From an uncultured Acidimicrobiia bacterium (GTDB lineage Bacteria > Actinomycetota > Acidimicrobiia > Acidimicrobiales > CAIXPF01): a stretch of 64,000 nucleotides of DNA. The stretch lies in assembly GCA_903921205.1 (NCBI GenBank), contig CAIXPF010000139.1, positions 71,733-135,732 on the forward strand. Direction: 5' to 3'. Below the pieces are notes generated by a model, which ran no database searches, was not told where the DNA came from, and saw nothing but the letters and a program-made list of their open reading frames with translations. Shown one piece after another: positions 27,084 through 35,022 of this stretch (positions are counted from its first letter, which is position 1; each line of letters starts with the position of its first letter). The position numbers were made by a program, and so were the translations under genes.

Positions 27084-28688
27084 GTGAGCTTTTCGAAGAA
27101 GCGAAGCGTCGGCGCCGCAGTCGTCGGGTTGTCGCTGATCGCCGCCGGTTGCGGTGGCGGTTCGGATGACGGGGCGTCGACCGAGGGAACGATCGATGCC
27201 GGGGTCAAGGCCGGTGTCGAGGACGCCCTGAAGGCGGCCACCACCGTCGCCGGCGGCACCACCACCACCGCCCCGCCCAAGCCGACCTCCATGGCCGAGT
27301 GGGAAGCGTTGTGGGCCAAGGAGCGCGACGCCGTGGTCAAGAAGATCACCGACTCCAAGGCCGCCAAGTCGGCCGATGGGAAGTCCTTCACCGGTACCAA
27401 CGGGTTCGTGGTCGACCTCTCCAAGTGCCCGGTGGGCTGGAACGACACCGAGGGCATCAGCGACACCGAGATCAAGATCGGCCACACCACCGCCCAATCG
27501 GGCACGCTGGCCGACTACGGCAACATCGCCAAGGTCATGCAGCTGCGGGCCGACGCCATCAACAAGGCCGGTGGCATCAAGGACTCGACCGGCAAGACCC
27601 GCACGATCAAGTACGTGGTGAAGGACGACGGCTACGACGCCACCCGGACCATCCCGTTGGTCGACGAGCTGCTCGACTCCGAGAAGGCCTTCGCCATCAT
27701 CACCCTGGGCTCGCCCTCGACGATGAAGACCTACGACAAGATGAACCAGCGCTGCGTGCCGCAGCCGTTCTCCCAGACCGGCCATCCGGCGTGGGGCGAC
27801 CCCGACGGTCACCCGTGGACCACGGGCCAGCAGCTGGCCTACAACACCGAGGCGGTGATGTGGGGCAACTTCATCGAGTCCAATGCCGACAAGATGGCCC
27901 CCAACGGCGGCCAGATCACGGTGTGCGCCCTGGTCATGAACAACGACTTCGGCAAGTCCTATGACGCCGGCTTCAAGGCCTACCTGGCACAGTCGCCGAT
28001 CAAGAGCCGGATCAACTACGTGACGGAGACCATCGAGCCGTCCGCCCCGACCATCACCGACCCGATGACCACCCTGGCCTCGAAGAACTGCACGATCTTC
28101 ATCGCCATGACCGCCGGTACGTCCTGCACCCAGTCCATCCAGGAAGCGGCCAACAACGGCATGAACGAGAAGGTCAAGTACCGCTTCCAGCCGTCGGTGT
28201 GCGGTGCCATCAGCTTCGTCGGCAAGGACAAGGTCGGTAACGCCGGCGCCGAGGGTTGGTACATCGTCCAGGGTGGTGTGAAGGACCTCAACTCGCCCGG
28301 ATTCGACAACGACGTCTACATCAAGTTCGCCCGTGAGGAGCTGAAGGCCAACGGCATCGACTACAAGTCCTCGGGCTCGCTCGGCTCCGGCTACTACTTC
28401 GCCTGGGCTCAGGAGCAGGCGTTGCGCATCGCTGCGGCGCTGCCCGGCGGTCTGACCCGGACCAACCTGATGAACGCCATCCGGAACATGAACATGACCC
28501 ACCCGTACACACTCGACGGGATCAAGTTCAACATGGACGGCAACAAGGACGCCTACCTGGTCGAGGGTGGCGTGATCCAGACCCGTGACGCCAAGAACGA
28601 GACCTGGGTCGACGCCGGCGTCGTGGTCGACCTGTCGGGCAAGTCCAAGAACTGCAAGTGGGACCAGAGCAAGGGCCTGTGCGCCTGA
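27084..28688 (+). CDS. ABC transporter substrate-binding lipoprotein (LivK/PBP type-1 family, oversized), paralog 1
   Basis: GTG 27084 follows the RBS GAAGGGGA. A lipoprotein signal is present (VSFSKKRSVGAAVVGLSLIAAGC). The PBP1 core starts at about IKIGHTTAQSGTLADYG. It is about 100 aa longer than usual between the lipobox and the core. There is a conserved C-terminal Cys pair (KSKNCKWDQSKGLCA). Confidence 0.85.
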   Translation: MSFSKKRSVGAAVVGLSLIAAGCGGGSDDGASTEGTIDAGVKAGVEDALKAATTVAGGTTTTAPPKPTSMAEWEALWAKERDAVVKKITDSKAAKSADGKSFTGTNGFVVDLSKCPVGWNDTEGISDTEIKIGHTTAQSGTLADYGNIAKVMQLRADAINKAGGIKDSTGKTRTIKYVVKDDGYDATRTIPLVDELLDSEKAFAIITLGSPSTMKTYDKMNQRCVPQPFSQTGHPAWGDPDGHPWTTGQQLAYNTEAVMWGNFIESNADKMAPNGGQITVCALVMNNDFGKSYDAGFKAYLAQSPIKSRINYVTETIEPSAPTITDPMTTLASKNCTIFIAMTAGTSCTQSIQEAANNGMNEKVKYRFQPSVCGAISFVGKDKVGNAGAEGWYIVQGGVKDLNSPGFDNDVYIKFAREELKANGIDYKSSGSLGSGYYFAWAQEQALRIAAALPGGLTRTNLMNAIRNMNMTHPYTLDGIKFNMDGNKDAYLVEGGVIQTRDAKNETWVDAGVVVDLSGKSKNCKWDQSKGLCA

Positions 28689-28721
28689 GCGAGGTCGCTG
28701 GAGCGTTCCTCTGAACCAACC

Positions 28722-28752
28722 GGGAGCCGGCCTGCCGGCCGGGCCGGCTCCC
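28722..28752 (+). terminator. Terminator-like hairpin after binding-protein gene 1
   Basis: An 11-bp stem GGGAGCCGGCC-tgccggccg-GGCCGGCTCCC. Only TT follows, so this is a weak intrinsic terminator at best. Confidence 0.45.
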
Positions 28753-28757
28753 TTACC

Positions 28758-28790
28758 TGACGTCAAGGAATTTGCCTTTCCGTGACGTCA
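28758..28790 (+). promoter_or_regulatory. Two TGACGTCA palindromic octamers flanking an AT-rich spacer
   Basis: TGACGTCA occurs at 28758-28765 and 28783-28790, 25 bp centre to centre, with spacer aggaatttgcctttccg. The second octamer sits 17 nt upstream of TGTAAC (28808-13). Confidence 0.4.
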
Positions 28791-28817
28791 GATATCCCGA
28801 GGGATCCTGTAACGTTC

Positions 28818-28851
28818 GTGATATGCGGTGGCATCGGTCACCGCATATCAC
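28818..28851 (+). promoter_or_regulatory. 13-bp perfect inverted repeat in the leader of binding-protein gene 2
   Basis: GTGATATGCGGTG-gcatcggt-CACCGCATATCAC. It lies 47 nt upstream of the GTG start, just downstream of the candidate -10. Confidence 0.6.
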
Positions 28852-28897
28852 GCGTAAGGGAACCGCCCTTGCGGTATCGGTGACGAGGAGGTAGTCC

Positions 28898-30484
28898 GTG
28901 GGTCGTTCGCGGAAGACGTTGATGGGGGCGGCCGTCGTCGGTCTGTCCCTGGTCGCAGCAGGCTGTGGTGGTGGCAGCGACAGCGGTGAGTCCACCGCCG
29001 GAACCGTCGATGCCGGCGTGCAGGCCGGCGTCGAGGACGCGCTGAAGTCCTCGACCACCGTGGCGCAGGTCAAGTACCCCCAGACGATGGAGGAGTGGAA
29101 CGCCCTGTGGAAGGTGGAGAACGAGAAGATCGTCTCCGCCATCAAGGCCGCCAAGGCGGGCAAGTCCGCCGACGGCAAGACCTTGACCGGCACCAGCGGC
29201 TACACCATCGACCTGTCCAAGTGCCCCACCGGCTGGAGTGACACCGAGGGCATCAGCGACAGCGAGATCAAGATCGGCTACACCACGGCCCTGTCCGGCA
29301 CGCTCGCCGATTACGGCAACATCGGCAAGGTCATGGACATCCTGGCCAAGGACATCAATGACAAGGGCGGGTTCAAGGACTCGACCGGCAAGAGCCGCAA
29401 GCTGACCATCATCACCAAGGATGACGGCTACGACCCGACCCGGACCATCCCGCTGGTCGACGAGTTGCTCGACAAGGACAAGGTCTTCGCCCAGATCACC
29501 CTGGGCTCCGGTCCGACCATGAAGACCTACGACAAGCTGAACCAGCGCTGCGTCCCGCAGCCGTTCTCCCAGACCGGTCACCCCGCATGGGGCGATCCGG
29601 TGAACCACCCGTGGACCACCGGTATGCAGCTGGCCTACAACACCGAGGCCGTGCTGTGGGGGGCCTTCATCGAGAAGCACATCGACGAGCTGGCCCCCAA
29701 CGGGGGCAAGGCCACCATTGCGTCGCTGGTCATGAACAACGACTTCGGCAAGGCCTACGACGGCGGCTTCAAGGACTGGCTGGCCCAGTCCAAGATCAAG
29801 GACCGCATCAACTATGTGAGCGAGACGATCGAGCCGACGGCCCCGACCATCACCGACCCGATGACCACGCTGACGGCCAAGAACCCGCAGATGTTCATCG
29901 CCATGACGGCCGGTACGTCGTGCACCCAGTCGATCACCGAGGCCGCCAACAACGGGATGAAGGAAAAGGTCAAGTACCTCTTCCAGCCGTCGGTGTGCTC
30001 GGCATCGAGCTTCGTCGGCAAGGACAAGGTCGGCGGCCCCTTCGCCGACGGTTGGTACATCGTCAACGGCGGCATCAAGGACCTCAACTCGCCGGCGTTC
30101 GACAACGACGCCTACGTGAAGTACGCCCGTGACCTGCTGAAGGCCAACGGGCTCGACCCGAAGGCCTCGGGCTCGTTCGGCTCCGGCTATGCCTTCGGCT
30201 GGCCCCTGATGCAGGTTGTCGACATCGCCGGCAAGCTCGACGGTGGCCTGACCCGCACCAACTTCATGCTCGCCATGAAGGCACTGCAGACGACCCACCC
30301 GTTCCTGCTCGAGGGCATGAAGTTCAACGCCGACGGCGCCAACGACTCGTATTACATCGAGGGCGGCGTCTACCAGAAGCGTGATGCCAACAAGGAGACC
30401 TGGATCGACGAGGGCGCGGTCATCGACCTGTCCGGCAAGTCGAAGAACTGCAAGTGGGACGCCTCCAAGGGCGTGTGCGGCTGA
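28898..30484 (+). CDS. ABC transporter substrate-binding lipoprotein (LivK/PBP type-1 family, oversized), paralog 2
   Basis: The GTG start follows the RBS GAGGAGG. Lipobox LSLVAAGC. It aligns along its whole length with paralog 1 (for example QRCVPQPFSQTGHPAWGDP, TAGTSCTQSI, KSKNCKWDASKGVCG). Confidence 0.85.
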   Translation: MGRSRKTLMGAAVVGLSLVAAGCGGGSDSGESTAGTVDAGVQAGVEDALKSSTTVAQVKYPQTMEEWNALWKVENEKIVSAIKAAKAGKSADGKTLTGTSGYTIDLSKCPTGWSDTEGISDSEIKIGYTTALSGTLADYGNIGKVMDILAKDINDKGGFKDSTGKSRKLTIITKDDGYDPTRTIPLVDELLDKDKVFAQITLGSGPTMKTYDKLNQRCVPQPFSQTGHPAWGDPVNHPWTTGMQLAYNTEAVLWGAFIEKHIDELAPNGGKATIASLVMNNDFGKAYDGGFKDWLAQSKIKDRINYVSETIEPTAPTITDPMTTLTAKNPQMFIAMTAGTSCTQSITEAANNGMKEKVKYLFQPSVCSASSFVGKDKVGGPFADGWYIVNGGIKDLNSPAFDNDAYVKYARDLLKANGLDPKASGSFGSGYAFGWPLMQVVDIAGKLDGGLTRTNFMLAMKALQTTHPFLLEGMKFNADGANDSYYIEGGVYQKRDANKETWIDEGAVIDLSGKSKNCKWDASKGVCG

Positions 30485-30510
30485 CAATCTGGTCATCGAC
30501 CGATCGGTGC

Positions 30511-30550
30511 GGAGCCGGTGGCCATCGGCCACCGGCTCCGGCCGTTTTCG
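30511..30550 (+). terminator. Intrinsic terminator after binding-protein gene 2
   Basis: A perfect 13-bp stem GGAGCCGGTGGCC-atc-GGCCACCGGCTCC is followed by ggccgTTTTcggg. Confidence 0.7.
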
Positions 30551-30598
30551 GGCCGCTTTCGGGTCTCCCGTTCCTGTGACGTTCGACACGACAAGTAG

Positions 30599-31552
30599 GA
30601 TCGGCTCATCGCACTGTTCCTGCAACGCTGCTTCGATGCGCTCTCCAACGGCATCATCTACGGCTCGATCGCGCTGGCCCTGGTGATCGTCTATCGCGCC
30701 ACCGGGATGCTCAACGTCGCCCAGGGGGAGATGGCCACGGCGTCGGCCTACGTCGCCCTGGTGCTGTCCACCCCGGCCACGCCGGCGCTGGCCGGCACCG
30801 GCCTGGTCGCCGCCATCGTGCCGTTCTCGCCCTGGCCGCTGTGGGCCTCGGTGATCGGGGCCATCGTCGCCGGCGGCCTCATCGGTGCGGCCACCGAACG
30901 ATTCGTGATCCGGCGGGTGTCGGAACGATCCGGGTTCGCCGTGGTCAGCATGACCGTCGGGGTGCTGCTGGTCATCAACGGGCTCACCGAGTACATCTGG
31001 CGGCCGGTCACCCGCGGCTTCAAGCCGCTGTTCCCGAACACGCCCGAGTCCTTCGTCAACGTCTTCGGGGCCCGGTTGCGCTTCCAGGCCGTCGGCGTGA
31101 TGGTCACCATCGTCACGGTGCTGGTGGTGCTGGCCCTGGTACTCAAGTACACCAAGCTCGGCCTGGCCTTCCGGGCGGTGTCCTGCAACCGGGCGTCGAG
31201 CCTGCTCGTCGGGATCCGCTCCGGCCAGATCATGACGGTGGGCTGGGCCCTGGCCGGCGCCATCGGCGGTCTGGCTGCGTGCCTGGTGGCACCCACGGTG
31301 CTGCTCGAGCCCAGCATGATGGTCCGAGTGCTCATCTTCTCGTTGGTCGCGGCCACCCTGGGTGGTCTCGACAGCCTCGGTGGTGCCTTGGTCGGCGGCC
31401 TGCTGATCGGGATCTCCCAGACCATGATCGCCGGCTACATCGGGTTCATGGGCAGCGAGCTGAGCCTGCCCGGCGCGCTGCTGGTCATGGTCATCGTGCT
31501 GATGTTCCGCCCCACCGGCCTGTTCGGTACCCGGCGGATCGAGCGGGTATGA
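30599..31552 (+). CDS. ABC transporter permease (LivH-like), second copy; start codon unresolved
   Basis: The frame is open from the codon after TAG 30596-98. It encodes the conserved LivH N-terminus DRLIALFLQRCFDALSNGIIYGSIALALVIVYRATGMLNVAQGEM, but the first ATG/GTG/TTG is GTG 30683, after TM1. Only ATC 30608 and CTG 30614 lie upstream. Confidence 0.7.
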   Translation, partial: DRLIALFLQRCFDALSNGIIYGSIALALVIVYRATGMLNVAQGEMATASAYVALVLSTPATPALAGTGLVAAIVPFSPWPLWASVIGAIVAGGLIGAATERFVIRRVSERSGFAVVSMTVGVLLVINGLTEYIWRPVTRGFKPLFPNTPESFVNVFGARLRFQAVGVMVTIVTVLVVLALVLKYTKLGLAFRAVSCNRASSLLVGIRSGQIMTVGWALAGAIGGLAACLVAPTVLLEPSMMVRVLIFSLVAATLGGLDSLGGALVGGLLIGISQTMIAGYIGFMGSELSLPGALLVMVIVLMFRPTGLFGTRRIERV

Positions 31553-32685
31553 GCGGCGTCGAACCAGCCTCGTCACCCGGCGTGACCGTCGCGTCCGCGC
31601 CCGTCCGGCGCCGACGGCTGTCGATCGTGGAGGGCTCGGCGAGTTGGAAGGTGCTGATCGGCGGCTCGATCGCCGTGACCTTCCTCGTGGTCGCAGCGCT
31701 GGCCTGGGTGTTCCCCGTGCTCGAGGCCCGGCTGGTGTCGCGTTTCGTCGCCCTCGGCGTGGCCCTGCTCGGGCTGCAGTTCGTCGTGGGTCGGGCCGGG
31801 CAGCTGTCGCTGTGCCACGGGGTGTTCGTCGGGCTCGGGTCCTATGCCACGACCATCAGCATCAGCCGTTACGGGTTCCCGCATCTCGCCGGGGTGGCCC
31901 TGGCCCCCGTGGTGGGCTTCGCCTTCGGATGTCTCGTCGGCCTTCTGGCGTTGCGGATCCGGGCCAACTACCTCGGGCCGGTCACGTTGAGCGTGGCGGT
32001 GGTCTTCCCCATGTTCGTCAAGCGGTTCGGCTGGTTCACCGGCGGATCGAGCGGGTTGCCACTGGTGCGCGAGATGCAGGCGCCCGGGTTGCTGCAGCTC
32101 GAACCCGGCGAGCTGTACCGCTGGAACCACCTGGTGATCGTGGCGGTCGCGGTGCTGGCGCTGCTCGTCATGCGCAACGTGGTGTTCAGCCTGGTCGGGT
32201 CCTCGGTCAAGGCGGTGGCCGACAACGCCCTCTCCGCCGCGACCAGCGGGATCGACGTACGTCGGACCCGCGTCCTGGCCTACGCGTTCGGGGCGGCGTT
32301 CGGAGCGCTCGGCGGTGGGCTGCTGGTGCTGGACACCCCGGTGGTCGGCGCCGACAGCTACACCCTGTTCCAGAGCCTGGGCTACTACGCCGCGGTCATG
32401 GTCGGCGGGGCCACCTCGATGCTCGGCGCGGTCATCGGTGCCCTGCTGCTGGTCCTGGTGCCGTGGACGATGGAGAGCCAGGGTCTGCGGGCCAGCCCGC
32501 AATTGGTGCTCGGTGGCCTGCTCGTGCTGACGACGCTGGTGGCTCCGGCCGGGGTGGCGGTGGCGCTGCGCAACCGGGTGAGCAGCCTCGTCGAGGTCCG
32601 TCACCCCATCGAGGAACGGCGACGCACGGCTGGCGCGTCCCCGTCGGTCGCGCACTACCGTGCCCCGGATGAGCACACCCGCTGA
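31549..32685 (+). CDS. ABC transporter permease (LivM-like), second copy
   Basis: The ATG overlaps the upstream stop (ATGA). LivM blocks GRAGQLSLCHGVFVGLGSYATT and VADNALSAATSGIDV are present. Confidence 0.85.
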   Translation: MSGVEPASSPGVTVASAPVRRRRLSIVEGSASWKVLIGGSIAVTFLVVAALAWVFPVLEARLVSRFVALGVALLGLQFVVGRAGQLSLCHGVFVGLGSYATTISISRYGFPHLAGVALAPVVGFAFGCLVGLLALRIRANYLGPVTLSVAVVFPMFVKRFGWFTGGSSGLPLVREMQAPGLLQLEPGELYRWNHLVIVAVAVLALLVMRNVVFSLVGSSVKAVADNALSAATSGIDVRRTRVLAYAFGAAFGALGGGLLVLDTPVVGADSYTLFQSLGYYAAVMVGGATSMLGAVIGALLLVLVPWTMESQGLRASPQLVLGGLLVLTTLVAPAGVAVALRNRVSSLVEVRHPIEERRRTAGASPSVAHYRAPDEHTR

Positions 32686-33985
32686 CGGTCCGCTGTCCGA
32701 CCGGCCGTGGGGGTTCCGCACGCGGGCGATCCACGCCGGCGCGGTCCCCGACCCGGCCACCGGCGCCCGGGCGGTGCCGATCTACCAGACCTCGAGCTTC
32801 GTGTTCGAGGACGCCGCCGACGCCGCCGACCTGTTCGCCCTGCAGAAGTACGGCAGCATCTACACCCGCATCGGCAACCCCACCATCAACGCCTTCGAGG
32901 AGCGCATGGCCTCCCTCGAGGGCGGCATCGGGGCGGTGGCCACCTCGTCGGGCCAGGCCGCGGAGTTCTGCACCGTGGCCTGCCTCGCCGACGCCGGCGA
33001 CCACATCGTGTCCTCGGCGTCCCTCTACGGGGGTACCACCACCCAGTTCGACGTGACCTTCCGCCGGCTCGGGGTCGAGACCACCTTCGTGCCCGGTGAC
33101 GATCCGGACGCCTTCGCCGCGGCCATCACCGAGCGGACCAAGCTGCTGTTCACCGAGGTCGTCGCCAACCCCTCGGGCATCGTGGCCGATCTCGGTCGCC
33201 TCGCCGACATCGCCCGGGCCCACGGCATCCCGCTGGTCGTGGACGCCACCACGGTCACCCCGCAGCTGTGCCGGCCCATCGAGCACGGGGCCGACATCGT
33301 GGTGCACTCGGCGACCAAGTTCATCGGTGGGCACGGCACGTCGCTCGGCGGGGTGGTGGTCGAGGCCGGTACCTTCGACTGGGGCAACGGGCGGTTCCCG
33401 CACTTCACCGAGCCGGTGGCCAGCTACGGCGGCCTGCGCTTCTGGGAGAACTTCGGGGAGTACGCCTTCTGCACCAAGCTGCGGGTCGAGCAACTCCGTG
33501 ACATCGGGGCGTGCCTCAGTCCGTTCAACGCCTTCCTGCTGCTGCAGGGCCTCGAGACGCTGCCGCTGCGCATGGCCGCCCACGTGGCCAACGCCCAGGC
33601 GGTCGCCGCCTGGCTCGAACAGCACCCGGCGGTGGCCTGGGTGCGCTACGCGGGGCTCGCGTCCTCGCCGTACCACGACCTCGCGGCCCGCTACCTGCCC
33701 CAGGGGCCGGGCGCGGTGTTCGCCTTCGGGGTCAAGGGCGGTCGCGCCGCCGGCGCCCGCTTCATCGAGGCGCTCGAGCTGATCAGCCACCTGGCCAACA
33801 TCGGCGACGCCAAGACGCTGGTCATCCATCCGGCGACCACCACCCACCAGCAGCTGAGCGACGAGCAGTTGGTCGCCGCCGGGGTCGGACCCGACCTGAT
33901 CCGCCTGTCGGTGGGCATCGAGGACCTCGACGACATCTGCTGGGACCTCGACCAGGCCCTGCACGCGTCCCAAGGGGAGAGCTGA
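32669..33985 (+). CDS. metY: O-acetylhomoserine aminocarboxypropyltransferase / sulfhydrylase (PLP-dependent, MetY-like)
   Basis: FRTRAIHAGAVPDPATGARAVPIYQTSSFVF, YTRIGNPT, the PLP lysine context HSATKFIGGHGTS, and LANIGDAKTLVIHPATTTH. It overlaps the 3' end of the preceding permease gene by 17 nt. Confidence 0.9.
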   Translation: MSTPADGPLSDRPWGFRTRAIHAGAVPDPATGARAVPIYQTSSFVFEDAADAADLFALQKYGSIYTRIGNPTINAFEERMASLEGGIGAVATSSGQAAEFCTVACLADAGDHIVSSASLYGGTTTQFDVTFRRLGVETTFVPGDDPDAFAAAITERTKLLFTEVVANPSGIVADLGRLADIARAHGIPLVVDATTVTPQLCRPIEHGADIVVHSATKFIGGHGTSLGGVVVEAGTFDWGNGRFPHFTEPVASYGGLRFWENFGEYAFCTKLRVEQLRDIGACLSPFNAFLLLQGLETLPLRMAAHVANAQAVAAWLEQHPAVAWVRYAGLASSPYHDLAARYLPQGPGAVFAFGVKGGRAAGARFIEALELISHLANIGDAKTLVIHPATTTHQQLSDEQLVAAGVGPDLIRLSVGIEDLDDICWDLDQALHASQGES

Positions 33986-33987
33986 CC

Positions 33988-34485
33988 ATGAGCACCGAGC
34001 CGTCCTCCACGACCTGGAGCCCGCCGGGGGCCCGCCGCCGCAAGCAGATCCTCGAGCGGACCCGAACGGTTGCCATGGTCGGTGCATCCTCCAACCCGGC
34101 CCGTCCGTCCTACTTCGTGGCGACCTACCTGCTCAGCTCCTCGGCCGACTTCGATGTGTACTTCGTCAACCCCCGCGAGACCGAGATCCTCGGCCAACCG
34201 GTGTACGCCTCGCTGGCCGAGCTGCCGGTGGTGCCCGACCTGGTGGACGTGTTCCGCCGGGCCGAGGACCTGCCCGCAGTGGCCGAGGAAGCCATCGCCG
34301 TGGGTGCCAAGGCGTTCTGGGGCCAGCTGGGCCTGATGTCGATCGAGGCCGCCGAGCTGGCCACGGCGGCCGGTCTCGAGGTGGTGATGGATCGCTGCCT
34401 GAAGATCGAGCACGCCCGCTTCCACGGGGGCCTGCACCTCGCCGGGTTCGACACCGGGGTCCTCAGCGCACGCCGACGCCGATGA
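33988..34485 (+). CDS. CoA-binding domain protein (YccU-like)
   Basis: RTVAMVGASSNPARPSYFVATYLL...VYFVNPR...LVDVFRRAEDLPAVAEEAIAVGAKAFWGQLG is the CoA_binding_2 pattern. Confidence 0.8.
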   Translation: MSTEPSSTTWSPPGARRRKQILERTRTVAMVGASSNPARPSYFVATYLLSSSADFDVYFVNPRETEILGQPVYASLAELPVVPDLVDVFRRAEDLPAVAEEAIAVGAKAFWGQLGLMSIEAAELATAAGLEVVMDRCLKIEHARFHGGLHLAGFDTGVLSARRRR

Positions 34486-34967
34486 ACCGTCAGCTGCTGC
34501 TGCTGCGCCACGCCAAGTCGGCCTGGCCGGCGGGGGTGGCCGACCTCGACCGGCCCCTCGCCCCGCGCGGCGAGCGCGACACCAACCTCGTCGGCACCTA
34601 CCTGGCGCGACGCGGCCTGCTGCCCGACCACGTCGTCGCGTCACCTGCCCTCCGGGCCCAGGAGACGGCCCGCCGGGTACTGGCCGCAGCCGGCAGCGCC
34701 TGCCCGGTCACCACCGACCGCGAGCTCTACGAGGGCGACGTGGCCCAGGTCCTGCGGGAAGTCCCCGAAGGTGCCCGGCGGGCGTTGCTGGTGGGCCACG
34801 AACCCGAGCTGCTCGACCTGCTGCGCAACCTGTGCGGGGCCGACGTGCGCTTTCCCACCGCGGCCCTCGCGGTGCTCGAGCTCGAGGCCCCGTGGCCGCT
34901 GCAGCCGGCGGGCCGCGCCGTGCTCAAGCTGCTGATCACCCCCAAGCTGCTCATCGACGCCAACTGA
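34482..34967 (+). CDS. Histidine phosphatase family protein (SixA-like)
   Basis: The N-terminal catalytic motif is LLLLRHAKSAW...DLDRPLAPRGE. The start overlaps the upstream stop (ATGA). Confidence 0.8.
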   Translation: MNRQLLLLRHAKSAWPAGVADLDRPLAPRGERDTNLVGTYLARRGLLPDHVVASPALRAQETARRVLAAAGSACPVTTDRELYEGDVAQVLREVPEGARRALLVGHEPELLDLLRNLCGADVRFPTAALAVLELEAPWPLQPAGRAVLKLLITPKLLIDAN

Positions 34968-35022
34968 GCTACGGTTCCCGCCGGAACGTGACGGCGTCGT
35001 CGACAACACAGGGGGTTACCTC

